A DNA stretch of 64,000 bases from Trichococcus sp. (GTDB lineage: Bacteria; Bacillota; Bacilli; Lactobacillales; Aerococcaceae): contig NZ_JBAVFV010000007.1 in the NCBI RefSeq assembly GCF_049684335.1, positions 2,968 through 66,967 of the forward strand, read 5' to 3'. Made by a program: the position numbers and the translations under genes. Below are positions 54,179 through 64,000 of this stretch, piece after piece. The notes under the pieces are model-generated. The model searched no databases. It saw only the letters and a program-made list of their open reading frames with translations, and was not told where the DNA came from. Numbering within the stretch: position 1 is the stretch's first letter; each line of letters opens with the position of its first letter.

Positions 54179-55315
54179 ATGGGAAAGAAAGTTTCGAACC
54201 TGATGGTAGCGTTATTGGTGCCCCTATTAGCTTCTTGCAGTCTCTTTGGAGGGTCGGCCACCGATTCGTCAGCTGATTCTTCGGCTGTCAGCAGTGTGTC
54301 CTCTTCCGTGTCCAGTTCGACAGACAGCGGATCGGCTTCTTCGTCCTCTTCCGAACCTGCAGACGCAGCGACAATCGAGGCTTTTTATCCGTTCAGCGCA
54401 TCCGTATTCACAAAATATTTAGGTGAAGGGAATGAGTACGCTTCCTTCACGGTCTACCCACAATACATCGAAGGCAACCGTATGCAGATCACTTCCAACA
54501 ACGGCGGCACTCAAATCGTGACGGTATTGGAATTGGCTGACGGGGAACTCAGAGAAGTTTTCACGCGTCCGGAGACCTACTTCAGGGAAAATATGCTTGA
54601 AAAAACAGCAAGCGGAGATGCGGCAAACCAGTTGGATATTCTGTTGAAGGAACCTTTGGAAGTCGGGAACAGTTGGATGAATGCGAGCGGAGTCCCTTCC
54701 GAAATCACCAATCTGACTGCACAGATCGAAACGCCGATGGGCAATTTTGAAGCGCTGGAAGTGACGACGACTTATGAAGCCTCCACTACCAAGGATTACT
54801 ACGTAAAGGATATGGGCTTGGTGAAACGGGTGACGGATCTTGGGGATGACATGGTTGTCTCTTCCAGTCTGGAAGCCCGCAACGAGAACGTTCCGGAAAT
54901 GCAACAGTTGCGCGTTTTCTATCCGGACGGCGATCTGATGGGATTGGATGCAACAAGTATTGCCTTATCCTATGCGACCAATGACGTTACCCGCACCATT
55001 CTGGCGGAGGCGTTGAAGAACGTGCCGGATGCACCAGGGGGAAGTCTGATCGGACCGAATGTCTCCATCAACAGCTTGTCCTTGAGTGACGACGGGCGTG
55101 TCTATGTGGACTTCTCGCAGGAATTCGTTTCTGAGATGAATGCCGGGACATCGGCTGAATCCCTGATTTTGCAAGGTGTCGTCAATACAATCGGGGAATA
55201 TTACGGTGTGCAGGAAGTCTACCTGACCGTGGCCGGAAACCCATATGAATCAGGGCATATCCTGATGGCCGAGGGTGCCTACTTCACCGTTGATTATACG
55301 AATGTCAATGAGTGA
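54179..55315 (+). CDS. Lipoprotein with C-terminal GerMN-like domain
   Basis: Signal peptide with lipobox LLASC, a Ser-rich linker, and a C-terminus (VFYPD...LSDDGRVYVDFSQEF...) resembling GerMN. ATG at 54179 behind GAAGGTGGG. Confidence 0.6.
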   Translation: MGKKVSNLMVALLVPLLASCSLFGGSATDSSADSSAVSSVSSSVSSSTDSGSASSSSSEPADAATIEAFYPFSASVFTKYLGEGNEYASFTVYPQYIEGNRMQITSNNGGTQIVTVLELADGELREVFTRPETYFRENMLEKTASGDAANQLDILLKEPLEVGNSWMNASGVPSEITNLTAQIETPMGNFEALEVTTTYEASTTKDYYVKDMGLVKRVTDLGDDMVVSSSLEARNENVPEMQQLRVFYPDGDLMGLDATSIALSYATNDVTRTILAEALKNVPDAPGGSLIGPNVSINSLSLSDDGRVYVDFSQEFVSEMNAGTSAESLILQGVVNTIGEYYGVQEVYLTVAGNPYESGHILMAEGAYFTVDYTNVNE

Positions 55316-55332
55316 TCAGCTCTTACATAAGC

Positions 55333-55368
55333 AAAAAAGATGAAGCCGGCATGGCTTCATCTTTTTTC
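55333..55368. terminator. Bidirectional terminator (lipoprotein gene / treR)
   Basis: AAAAAGATGAAGCC ggcat GGCTTCATCTTTTT. Confidence 0.8.
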
Positions 55369-56091
55369 TTATAGGCTATGTTTTCTGCGGGCGAACTCGA
55401 CGAATCGGAAGCGGTCCAAACGATGGCGCGACTCTGTGTACTGGAACAGACGTGTATCTTCCAGATAGACTTCACTTTTGACGACGACGACATGCGTGTC
55501 ATCCTTCAGATTCATCAGCTTGTGATCTTCCCGTGTCGCTGCCTCCACAACAAATTCCTTTTTTGCATAAGCGATATTCAGGCCCAATTCATTTTCCAAA
55601 TACGCATAGATGGAATTTTCGGCAACTTCGGAAGGGATTTGTTCGATAATATCATTGAAGAGGTAGTCCTTGTCCATGATGACGACTTCTCCGGCAATCT
55701 TGCGCAGTCGGACAAGGGAAATCACTTTTCGCTCGGGATCGACTTTCAGATCTTCGGCAAGAAAATCCGGAATGGTCTCGAGCTTATTTTTGATGACGAT
55801 TGTTTCATTTGGAATCTGTTGGGAATCCTGGAGTTCTTTGAAACTGGTCAGCCCGGAAACGGGAAAGTTGAACCGTCTGATGTCCAGCACAATCGATCCT
55901 TTGCCTTGCTTCTTCTGGATATATCCACCTTCCAGTAAAAGCGCCAAAGCCTTTCTGATCGTTTCCCGTGAAACATGATAATGCTCCGAAAGGGTTTTTT
56001 CGCTAGGCAACAAGGATCCGGTTTCGAATTCTGCATGCTCAATTTTTTTTCTTAAATCCATATAAATATCAAAAAATTTATTCATGATCAT
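55369..56091 (-). CDS. treR: GntR/HutC-family repressor, probable trehalose operon repressor
   Basis: GntR HTH LPSEKTLSEHYHVSRETIRKALALLLEGGYI plus a UTRA domain. The treR assignment is inferred from matching operators at 49119/49201 and from proximity. Confidence 0.7.
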   Translation of the reverse strand: MIMNKFFDIYMDLRKKIEHAEFETGSLLPSEKTLSEHYHVSRETIRKALALLLEGGYIQKKQGKGSIVLDIRRFNFPVSGLTSFKELQDSQQIPNETIVIKNKLETIPDFLAEDLKVDPERKVISLVRLRKIAGEVVIMDKDYLFNDIIEQIPSEVAENSIYAYLENELGLNIAYAKKEFVVEAATREDHKLMNLKDDTHVVVVKSEVYLEDTRLFQYTESRHRLDRFRFVEFARRKHSL

Positions 56092-56363
56092 CGAGCCTCC
56101 TGTGAGTGGATGGGTTTGTTGGGAGTTACATAAATAAGTTGAAAAATCATATTTAATAATATTATTTCATTTTATTCTATAGGATAAAAACAGAAATAAA
56201 AAGAAAATCAGTAATTTTTTAGTTTGAAAGGGTTTGCATATTATCATTTTATCATATTATTGCCATTAATGGTGGAGAAGAGTTGATTTTTGAATAAAAA
56301 AACAGGAATTTTTTTAATGAAAAATACGGGTATCGGTTGTCCGGATTGGAATCAAAACAGATT

Positions 56364-56376
56364 ATTTCCGAACGAA
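56364..56376. promoter_or_regulatory. PurBox-like site upstream of purE
   Basis: ATTTCCGAACGAA against the PurBox AWWWCCGAACWWT; the core CCGAAC is intact. Confidence 0.45.
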
Positions 56377-56463
56377 ATTGCCGTTTGTTCCCAAAAACGT
56401 TTGGAATAATGAGAGATGATGTGCTATATTAAAAATGAAAAATTGATAATGGGGGAAAAATGG

Positions 56464-56952
56464 ATGAATACGGTTGTTTCTGTCGTAATGGGTAGTACTT
56501 CTGACTGGGAAACTATGAAAGAAGCTTGCTTGATACTGGATGAATTCGGCATCGCTTATGAAAAGAAGGTCGTTTCGGCTCACCGGACACCGGATCTGAT
56601 GTTCACTTTTGCGGAACAAGCACGGGCTTCGGGAACAAAAGTCATCATTGCCGGCGCAGGCGGCGCAGCGCACCTTCCGGGTATGATTGCTGCGAAAACG
56701 ACGCTTCCGGTTATCGGCGTTCCGGTCCAATCGCGCGCATTGAGCGGTATGGACTCCTTGTTGTCCATCGTCCAGATGCCAGGCGGTGTTCCGGTTGCGA
56801 CTGTAGCCATCGGCAAAGCAGGGGCAATCAATGCCGGTCTGCTGGCGGTACAGATTCTTTCGATTGAAAATCAGGATTTGGCCGATCAATTGGAAAAGAG
56901 ACGGGAAGAATTAAAACAAAAAGTTTTGGAAAGCAGTGAAGACCTTGTATAA
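56464..56952 (+). CDS. purE: N5-carboxyaminoimidazole ribonucleotide mutase
   Basis: [15 protein letters not shown]...VSAHRTPD...[10 protein letters not shown]. Confidence 0.93.
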   Translation: MNTVVSVVMGSTSDWETMKEACLILDEFGIAYEKKVVSAHRTPDLMFTFAEQARASGTKVIIAGAGGAAHLPGMIAAKTTLPVIGVPVQSRALSGMDSLLSIVQMPGGVPVATVAIGKAGAINAGLLAVQILSIENQDLADQLEKRREELKQKVLESSEDLV

Positions 56953-58078
56953 AATACTGAAACCAAATGACGTGATCGGCATCATCGGCGGGGGACAATT
57001 AGGGCGCATGCTGGCACAGTCCGCGAAGAGGATGGGATTCACCGTCGGGATTTTGGATCCGGGAGAGAATTGCCCGGCAGCCCAAGTAGCGGATTGGCAC
57101 ATCCAGGCAGCATACGCTGATGCGGTGGCTTTGCGTGAATTGGCCGAAAAATCCGATGTCGTGACATTCGAATTTGAGAATATCGATGCGGCAGCTCTGC
57201 AGGAAGTGGAAGCACTGTCCTGCATTCCGCAAGGTAGCGAAATTTTGACGATTACGCAGGATCGCATCAAGGAGAAGGAATTCCTTCAATCCGCTGGGGT
57301 ATCGATCGCACAATTCGCGGTAGTCGAAAAAGCGGAACAACTGGATGCAGCCATCGCTAAAATCGGCTATCCGAGTGTTTTAAAAACGACCCGTTTCGGG
57401 TATGATGGTAAGGGACAGGTTGTCCTGAAATCGGAAGCGGACAAAGAGGAAGCAAGGAAGCTGGCAGCGGACAGCATCTGTGTCTTGGAGGCATGGGTTC
57501 CGTTCACCAAAGAGCTTTCGGTCATGATCGTACGCAATCAAAAAGGTGAAGCTACGGTATTCCCGGTTTCCGAAAATATCCACATCAATAATATTCTGCA
57601 CGAATCGATCGTGCCGGCCCGCGTCACACCTGCGGTAGCCGAAAAAGCAAACAAAGCTGCCCTACAAATCGCCGATGCGCTACAGTTGGTGGGTACGCTT
57701 GGCATCGAAATGTTCCTGGCAGCGGATGACACGATCTTCATCAATGAGTTGGCGCCGCGTCCGCATAATTCGGGCCATTACACAATCGAAGCAATGAACG
57801 TTTCCCAATTTGATGCTCATATCCAAGCAGTCGCCGGATTGCCGATGCCGACAGCGCGCCAATTGTCGCCTGCCATCATGGTCAATATCCTTGGACAACA
57901 TATGGAAGGCACGATCGCGCTACGGGAAGAAAAAGCGGATTGGTTTTTCCATTACTACGGCAAAGCGGAATCACGCACAGACAGAAAAATGGGACATATC
58001 ACCATTTTGACGGATGATCAAGAAGCAACCTTAACAGAAATAGACAACACCCAAATCTGGAACGGAGGAACAATTTAA
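56936..58078 (+). CDS. purK: N5-carboxyaminoimidazole ribonucleotide synthase
   Basis: [12 protein letters not shown] and an ATP-grasp domain. The GTG start overlaps the purE end. Confidence 0.92.
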   Translation: MKTLYKILKPNDVIGIIGGGQLGRMLAQSAKRMGFTVGILDPGENCPAAQVADWHIQAAYADAVALRELAEKSDVVTFEFENIDAAALQEVEALSCIPQGSEILTITQDRIKEKEFLQSAGVSIAQFAVVEKAEQLDAAIAKIGYPSVLKTTRFGYDGKGQVVLKSEADKEEARKLAADSICVLEAWVPFTKELSVMIVRNQKGEATVFPVSENIHINNILHESIVPARVTPAVAEKANKAALQIADALQLVGTLGIEMFLAADDTIFINELAPRPHNSGHYTIEAMNVSQFDAHIQAVAGLPMPTARQLSPAIMVNILGQHMEGTIALREEKADWFFHYYGKAESRTDRKMGHITILTDDQEATLTEIDNTQIWNGGTI

Positions 58079-58079
58079 A

Positions 58080-59378
58080 ATGATTACACGTTATACACGC
58101 CCTGAGATGGCTGAAGTTTGGTCCGAATACAATCGTTACAAATGCTGGTTGGAGGTAGAAATCCTGGCTGATGAAGCTTGGGCTGCCCTAGGCGAAATCC
58201 CTGCGGAAGACGTAGCTAAAATCCGCGCGAATGCGACATTTGACATCGACCGTATCCTTGAAATCGAAAAAGAGACCAGACATGACGTAGTAGCGTTCAC
58301 ACGCGCCGTTTCCGAATCTTTGGGAGAAGAAAGAAAATGGGTCCACTATGGCCTTACGAGTACCGATGTGGTCGATACTGCCTACGGGTACCAATTGAAA
58401 CAAGCCAATGATATCCTGCGCAAGGATCTGCAGAACATGCTGGAAATCATCGGCGAAAAAGCGAAAGAACACAAAAAGACTGTCTGCATGGGCCGTACGC
58501 ATGGTGTACATGCGGAACCTACGACATTCGGACTGAAGCTGGCTACTATGTATTCGGAAATGAAACGCAACATCGAGCGTTTTGAACATGCAGCTAAAGG
58601 CGTTGAAGCCGGAAAAATCAGCGGGGCTGTCGGGACTTTTGCAAACATCCCGCCATTCGTGGAGGAGTACGTCTGCGAAAAATTGGGAACAAGACCGCAA
58701 GAAATTTCGACGCAGGTTCTGCCGCGCGATCTGCATGCCGAGTATATGGCAACGATCGCTCTGATTGCGACAAGCATCGAACGCTTTGCTACTGAAATCC
58801 GCGGATTGCAGAAATCGGAAACCCGTGAAGTGGAAGAATTCTTCGCGAAGGGTCAAAAAGGTTCTTCCGCTATGCCGCACAAACGCAATCCAATTGGTTC
58901 CGAAAATATGGTAGGCCTTGCCCGCGTCATCCGTGGCTACATGGTCACTGCTTACGAAAATGTAGGCTTATGGCATGAACGCGACATTTCGCACTCTTCA
59001 GCGGAACGGATCATCCTACCGGATGCAACGACATTGTTGAACTACCAATTGAACCGTTTTGCGAATATCATCAAGAACTTGACCGTGTTCCCTGAAAATA
59101 TGCTCCGCAACATGAATGCGACTTTCGGCTTGATCTATAGCCAACGCGTTCTGTTGAAATTGATCGACAAAGGCATGAGCCGTGAAGAAGCTTATGACTT
59201 GGTACAGCCGAAGACTGCCCTTTCATGGGATAATCAGACTGATTTCCGTCCATTGGTGGAAGCGGATGAAGTCATTATGGCAAAATTAACGAAAGAAGAC
59301 ATCGCTGATGCCTTCAACTATAACTATCACTTGAGTCACGTCGACGAAGTATTCGAAAGACTCGGATTAGGTGACTGA
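58080..59378 (+). CDS. purB: Adenylosuccinate lyase
   Basis: [10 protein letters not shown]... and the [11 protein letters not shown] signature. Confidence 0.95.
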   Translation: MITRYTRPEMAEVWSEYNRYKCWLEVEILADEAWAALGEIPAEDVAKIRANATFDIDRILEIEKETRHDVVAFTRAVSESLGEERKWVHYGLTSTDVVDTAYGYQLKQANDILRKDLQNMLEIIGEKAKEHKKTVCMGRTHGVHAEPTTFGLKLATMYSEMKRNIERFEHAAKGVEAGKISGAVGTFANIPPFVEEYVCEKLGTRPQEISTQVLPRDLHAEYMATIALIATSIERFATEIRGLQKSETREVEEFFAKGQKGSSAMPHKRNPIGSENMVGLARVIRGYMVTAYENVGLWHERDISHSSAERIILPDATTLLNYQLNRFANIIKNLTVFPENMLRNMNATFGLIYSQRVLLKLIDKGMSREEAYDLVQPKTALSWDNQTDFRPLVEADEVIMAKLTKEDIADAFNYNYHLSHVDEVFERLGLGD

Positions 59379-59381
59379 TGG

Positions 59382-59412
59382 AAAGGCTGGGACTACGGTT
59401 CCGGCCTTTTTC
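59382..59412 (+). terminator. Candidate terminator after purB
   Basis: AAAGGCTGG gactacggtt CCGGCCTTT followed by TTC. Confidence 0.5.
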
Positions 59413-59480
59413 TGTACACCGGAGGCCTTGAAATCATTGAAGATAAACCGGAATTTATTTCAATTTTCATGAAAATTCCA

Positions 59481-59553
59481 TTGACAAGCGGGTGGCAGAT
59501 GATACAATATAAACGAATGAATTAGGCGTTTATGTAAATTAATGTTCGGATTT
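59481..59553 (+). promoter_or_regulatory. purC promoter with a PurBox between the -10 and the RBS
   Basis: TTGACA (59481), 16 nt, TACAAT (59503). AATGTTCGGATTT (59541-59553) is the exact reverse complement of a consensus PurBox (AAATCCGAACATT). A degenerate partner ATAAACGAATGAA lies at 59509. Confidence 0.6.
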
Positions 59554-59570
59554 AGAAAGGGACGGGAACG

Positions 59571-60281
59571 ATGGAGAGAAAAGAATTGCTTTATACTGGG
59601 AAAGCTAAAAAGATGTACGCTACAGATCAGGAGAATGTCCTTTGGGCAGAATACCTAAATCAGGCTACCGCATTAAACGGCGTAAAGAAGGACACTATCG
59701 AGGGCAAAGGCAGACTCAACAATCAGATCACCGGCCGCATCTTCGAGTATCTGGCTGAAAAGGGTATCGCGAGCCATTACATCCAAGAACTATCAGAAAC
59801 CGAACAATCAGTAAAAAGAGTCAATATGTTCCCATTGGAAGTGGTTGTCCGTAATGTATCCGCAGGAAGCTTCGCGAAACGTTTCGGCATGGAGGAAGGC
59901 ATCGACTTGCCGTTCCCTGTTTTGGAGTTCTATTACAAAGACGATGCGCTCAATGATCCTTTCATCAATGATGCCCATGTACAGGTTCTGGGAGCGGCAA
60001 CTGAAGAAGAAGTTGCTGAAATCAAGCAGCAAGCGCTGAAGATCAATGCAGCCTTGATCGAGATGTTCAAGGCAATCGGCATTCGCCTGATCGATTTCAA
60101 AATCGAATTCGGCAAGACAGCTGAGGGAGAAATCATCCTGGCTGATGAAATTTCACCGGATACTTGCCGCCTTTGGGATATCGAAACGAACGAACACTTG
60201 GATAAAGACATCTACCGCCGTGACTTGGGAGATCTGATCCCGGTCTACGTGGAAGTGCTGGACCGCCTGAATAAAATGTAA
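59571..60281 (+). CDS. purC: SAICAR synthetase
   Basis: LLYTGKAKKMY...LEVVVRN...ADEISPDTCRLWD. Confidence 0.95.
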   Translation: MERKELLYTGKAKKMYATDQENVLWAEYLNQATALNGVKKDTIEGKGRLNNQITGRIFEYLAEKGIASHYIQELSETEQSVKRVNMFPLEVVVRNVSAGSFAKRFGMEEGIDLPFPVLEFYYKDDALNDPFINDAHVQVLGAATEEEVAEIKQQALKINAALIEMFKAIGIRLIDFKIEFGKTAEGEIILADEISPDTCRLWDIETNEHLDKDIYRRDLGDLIPVYVEVLDRLNKM

Positions 60282-60346
60282 GCCATCCGAATGTAACCAA
60301 CGAATAAACAAAAAAAACAAAAAATAAAAAAACAAAAGCGAGGAAT

Positions 60347-60604
60347 TTGGACATGTATAAAGTAACCGTGTATGTAACGTATAAAGACTCAGTATTGGAC
60401 CCGCAAGGAGAAGCCGTGAAGGGTGCCGTCCACCGTATGGGCTACCCAACGATCGAAGATATCCGCATCGGAAAATATTTTGAAATCCAAGTATCCAAAG
60501 ATGAAGAGAACGTTGAACAAGTCATCGAAGAGATCTGCGACAAATTGCTGGCTAACGTGGTTATGGAAACTTATCGTTATGAAATCCAGGAGGTTGAAGC
60601 TTAA
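60347..60604 (+). CDS. purS: FGAM synthase subunit PurS
   Basis: [21 protein letters not shown]. The start is 60347 or 60353. Confidence 0.9.
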   Translation: MDMYKVTVYVTYKDSVLDPQGEAVKGAVHRMGYPTIEDIRIGKYFEIQVSKDEENVEQVIEEICDKLLANVVMETYRYEIQEVEA

Positions 60605-61284
60605 TGAAATTCGCTGTCATCGTTTTTCCTGGATCTAACTGTGATTTAGATATGTATGCAGCCATTAAAGATATTCTTGGAGAAGATGCAGAGTATGTGC
60701 AACATTATGAAACAAGTCTTGAAGGTTTCGATGCTGTCCTATTGCCTGGCGGATTCACATATGGCGATTACTTGCGTACAGGTGCGATTGCCCGCTTTGC
60801 GAACATCATGAGCGAAGTAGTCCGTTTCGCTGAAGAAGGCAAGCCTGTATTCGGCACTTGCAACGGATTCCAAATCTTGGCTGAAGCCGGTTTATTGCCG
60901 GGTGCTTTGCGCCGCAATGATACATTGAAGTTCGTCTGCAAACCGCAGGATCTGAAAGTCGTGAATGCTGATACGCAATTCACTTCCCTCTATAAAGAAG
61001 GTGAAATCATCTCTGTTCCGATCGCACATGGTGAAGGAAACTACTTCTGCGATGCAGAGACTTTGGCTGACCTGAAAGCCAACAATCAAATCGTATTCAC
61101 TTACGCCAACGGCAACCCGAACGGCAGCATCGAAGACATCGCCGGCATCATCAACAAAAAAGGCAACGTCCTCGGCATGATGCCTCACCCGGAGCGTGCT
61201 GTCGAAGCTTTACTGGGATCAGCAGATGGCTTGCGCCTGTTCCAATCCATGGTTGAAAATTATAAGAAGGAGCTGAACAAATAA
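60604..61284 (+). CDS. purQ: FGAM synthase glutaminase subunit PurQ
   Basis: [14 protein letters not shown]...GTCNGFQIL...MMPHPER. Confidence 0.95.
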   Translation: MKFAVIVFPGSNCDLDMYAAIKDILGEDAEYVQHYETSLEGFDAVLLPGGFTYGDYLRTGAIARFANIMSEVVRFAEEGKPVFGTCNGFQILAEAGLLPGALRRNDTLKFVCKPQDLKVVNADTQFTSLYKEGEIISVPIAHGEGNYFCDAETLADLKANNQIVFTYANGNPNGSIEDIAGIINKKGNVLGMMPHPERAVEALLGSADGLRLFQSMVENYKKELNK

Positions 61285-63512
61285 TGGCATTTTTAGAACC
61301 AACGCCAGAACAAGTAAAAGAATCCAAAATTTATCGTGAATGGGGTCTGACAGACGAAGAGTACGGCACAATCTGCGATAAAATTTTGCATCGTTTGCCG
61401 AATTATACTGAAACTGGCCTGTTTGCCGTTATGTGGAGCGAACACTGTTCTTATAAAAATTCAAAACCAGTCCTGAGAAAATTCCCTACTACCGGCCCGC
61501 AAGTATTGCAAGGACCTGGTGAAGGCGCTGGTATCGTGGATATCGGCGACGGCCAAGCTGTCGTTTTCAAAGCGGAAAGCCACAACCACCCATCAGCTAT
61601 CGAGCCTTATGAAGGCGCGGCTACCGGTGTCGGCGGAATCATCCGTGACATCTTCAGCATGGGCGCACGCCCGATTGCGATCCTGGACTCTTTGCGTTTC
61701 GGCGAATTGGACAATGAGCGCACGAAACACATCTTCGAAGAAGTCGTTGCCGGCATCAGCGGTTACGGCAACTGTATCGGTATTCCGACTGTCGGTGGCG
61801 AAACGGTCTTCGACCCTTGCTACAAAGGAAACCCGTTAGTCAACGCAATGTGCGTCGGCTTGATCGATCAAAAAGATATGCAAAAAGGTCAAGCTGCCGG
61901 AGTCGGCAACTCGATCATGTACGTAGGTGCAAAAACTGGCCGCGATGGTATCCATGGCGCGACTTTCGCTTCCGAAGAATTCAAGGAAGAGGAAGAAGCT
62001 CAACGTTCGGCTGTCCAAGTAGGCGATCCGTTCATGGAAAAACTATTGATGGAAGCTTGTTTAGAATGCATTTATGACTACTCCGACGCTTTGATCGGTA
62101 TCCAGGACATGGGTGCTGCCGGTTTGGTCTCTTCCAGCTCGGAAATGGCTTCAAAGGCAGGCAGCGGCTTGCTTTTGAACCTTGATGATGTTCCGCAGCG
62201 CGAAACAGAAATGACACCTTACGAAATGATGCTTTCCGAGTCGCAGGAGCGTATGCTTTTGTGCATCAAGAAGGGCGAAGAGCAACGCATCGTCGACTTG
62301 TTCAAAAAATATGAATTGGATGCAGTCGTGATCGGTGAAGTTACCGATGATGGCATGTACCGTCTATCCCATGCAGGCAAAGTGGTGGCTGAACTTCCGG
62401 TTGATGCTTTGGCTGAAGATGCACCGGTCTACTACAAACCGACTGCAGTACCTGCCCGCATCGCTGCATTCGCAGCTATGGAAGACTACAAACCTGTCTT
62501 CACATCAGCGCAGGATACATTAGTGGCTTTATTGCAACAAGCGACGTTGGCTTCCAAGAAGAGCGTCTATGATACATATGATTCCATGGTCCGCACCAGC
62601 ACGGTCGTAGGGCCAGGAAGCGATGCTGCAGTTGTCCGCGTCCGCGGCACCAAAAAAGCGATCGCAATGACAACGGACTGCAACGGCCGTTACCTGTATT
62701 TGAATCCAGAAATCGGCGGACAGATTGCTGTCGCTGAAGCTGCCCGCAATATCGTTGCCAGCGGCGGAAAACCATTGGCGATCACAGATTGCTTGAACTA
62801 CGGAAATCCTGATAAACCAGAAATTTTCTGGGAATTAAGCACTTCCGCAGACGGCATCTCTGAAGCTTGCCGCCAATTGGATACACCTGTTATCTCAGGG
62901 AACGTTTCCCTTTACAACGAAACCGACGGCGTGGCCGTTTATCCGACACCGATGATCGGTATGGTCGGTTTGATCGAGGATCTTGCGCACATCACTACGC
63001 AAGCTTTCAAAGCTGCCGGCGATCGCATTGTCCTGATCGGCGCCACAAAAGCTGACTTTAACGGTTCCGAACTGCAAAAAATGGAATTGGGCAAAATCGA
63101 AGGGAAACTGATGGACTTTGACTTGGCTGTCGAAAAAGAAAACCAAGCGAACGTCCTGAAAGCAATCAAAGCTGGTCTGATCGCAAGCGCGCATGACCTA
63201 TCCGAAGGCGGCTTGGCTGTCGGCTTGATGGAGAGCGTCTTTGATACTGGCTTAGGTTTCGATGTAACGGTTGCCATGGATAAAACGTTGTTATTCAGCG
63301 AAACGCAATCACGCTTCATCCTGACCGTGAAACCTGAAAATGTGGCCGCTGTGGAAGCGATCTTCGGATCTGCTGCTGCACAAATCGGAACGGTGACTGC
63401 TGACGCTGTCGCAAAAATTGCTGCCGAGAATGAAACAATCACTTTGGATGTTAAAGAAGTACAAACGAAATGGGAGGAGGCTATTCCATGCTTGCTGAAA
63501 CAAAAAGCTTAA
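61284..63512 (+). CDS. purL: FGAM synthase subunit PurL
   Basis: 742 aa with MWSEHCSYK and ESHNHPS motifs. Confidence 0.95.
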   Translation: MAFLEPTPEQVKESKIYREWGLTDEEYGTICDKILHRLPNYTETGLFAVMWSEHCSYKNSKPVLRKFPTTGPQVLQGPGEGAGIVDIGDGQAVVFKAESHNHPSAIEPYEGAATGVGGIIRDIFSMGARPIAILDSLRFGELDNERTKHIFEEVVAGISGYGNCIGIPTVGGETVFDPCYKGNPLVNAMCVGLIDQKDMQKGQAAGVGNSIMYVGAKTGRDGIHGATFASEEFKEEEEAQRSAVQVGDPFMEKLLMEACLECIYDYSDALIGIQDMGAAGLVSSSSEMASKAGSGLLLNLDDVPQRETEMTPYEMMLSESQERMLLCIKKGEEQRIVDLFKKYELDAVVIGEVTDDGMYRLSHAGKVVAELPVDALAEDAPVYYKPTAVPARIAAFAAMEDYKPVFTSAQDTLVALLQQATLASKKSVYDTYDSMVRTSTVVGPGSDAAVVRVRGTKKAIAMTTDCNGRYLYLNPEIGGQIAVAEAARNIVASGGKPLAITDCLNYGNPDKPEIFWELSTSADGISEACRQLDTPVISGNVSLYNETDGVAVYPTPMIGMVGLIEDLAHITTQAFKAAGDRIVLIGATKADFNGSELQKMELGKIEGKLMDFDLAVEKENQANVLKAIKAGLIASAHDLSEGGLAVGLMESVFDTGLGFDVTVAMDKTLLFSETQSRFILTVKPENVAAVEAIFGSAAAQIGTVTADAVAKIAAENETITLDVKEVQTKWEEAIPCLLKQKA

Positions 63513-64000
63513 ACGAAGAATGTGGCGTATTCGGCATTTGGGGAGACGATAATGCCAGCCAGTTGACTTACTTCGGTTTGCACAGCTTGCAGCACCGCGG
63601 ACAAGAGGGTGCGGGGATAGTTTCATGTGACGAAGGGGAATTGTTGGTTCACCGTAATCTGGGACTGATCAGCGAAGTCTTCAAGGACGGAAATGATCTG
63701 CAGCGGTTGACTGGTAACCGTGCCATCGGGCATGTGCGTTACTCAACTTCCGGCCAGAACAGCATAGAAAATGTGCAGCCGTTTTTGTACCATTTCTATG
63801 ATATGGACATCGCCATTTGTCACAACGGCAACTTGGTGAATGCCAAATCATTGCGCCGCAATCTTGAGGAAAATGGCGCCATCTTCCACTCTACTTCGGA
63901 TACGGAAGTTCTGATGCATCTGATCAGACGCAGCCAGAAAGACAGCCTGATCGAAAAAATCAAAGAGAGCTTGAATCAGGTCAAAGGCGGCTTCACATAT
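63488..64000 (+). CDS. purF: Amidophosphoribosyltransferase; the 3' end runs off the window
   Basis: Absent from the ORF track because there is no stop in the window. The ATG at 63488 gives [19 protein letters not shown]...[10 protein letters not shown], with the propeptide and Cys nucleophile typical of PurF. Confidence 0.9.
   Translation, partial: MLAETKSLNEECGVFGIWGDDNASQLTYFGLHSLQHRGQEGAGIVSCDEGELLVHRNLGLISEVFKDGNDLQRLTGNRAIGHVRYSTSGQNSIENVQPFLYHFYDMDIAICHNGNLVNAKSLRRNLEENGAIFHSTSDTEVLMHLIRRSQKDSLIEKIKESLNQVKGGFTY

Noticed and set aside
58188-58880. 230-aa minus-strand ORF inside purB
   Set aside because: It is antisense to adenylosuccinate lyase, which carries the [11 protein letters not shown] signature. 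It is a shadow ORF.

Overview
This is the origin-of-replication region of a low-GC Gram-positive chromosome, with gene content typical of Lactobacillales. No searches were possible, so all calls rest on reading the sequence, motif recognition and the ORF track.

Layout. Genes left of oriC are mostly on the minus strand and genes right of it on the plus strand, so both arms are co-oriented with replication.

Left arm, from position 1:
- argJ (partial), argC (preceded by a T-box leader) and an ornithine carbamoyltransferase.
- A plus-strand ribD-ribE-ribBA-ribH operon under an FMN riboswitch, with a trailing HAD phosphatase.
- A class-I glutamine amidotransferase and two small hypothetical genes.
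- A deletion scar: a short LevR-like sigma-54 activator abutting the last ~60 codons of a GH1 6-phospho-beta-glucosidase.
- A ~13.3-kb phage-derived element in the 3' end of tRNA-Lys(CTT), bounded by 14-bp direct repeats at 12322 and 25661.
- purA, then dnaB(helicase)-rplI-gdpP.
- A ~3-kb AT-rich stretch with almost no ORFs. It holds four parS sites, a cluster of DnaA boxes and a candidate structured RNA.
- rpsR-ssb-rpsF (a fifth parS sits between rpsF and ssb), then gyrA-gyrB-recF-yaaA-dnaN-dnaA.

oriC is bipartite and flanks dnaA. TAG/TAA trinucleotide repeats and an AT-rich tract lie next to dnaN.

Right arm: rpmH-rnpA-yidC-jag, a YhdH-type oxidoreductase, the trehalose PTS operon with two palindromic operators, a DUF438/hemerythrin/PAS protein, a GerMN lipoprotein, treR, purEKB, and purCSQL with purF (partial).

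Most unusual: (1) the ORF-free parS/DnaA-box island; (2) the phage-derived element, which pairs a satellite-like lysogeny module with only two recognisable virion genes.
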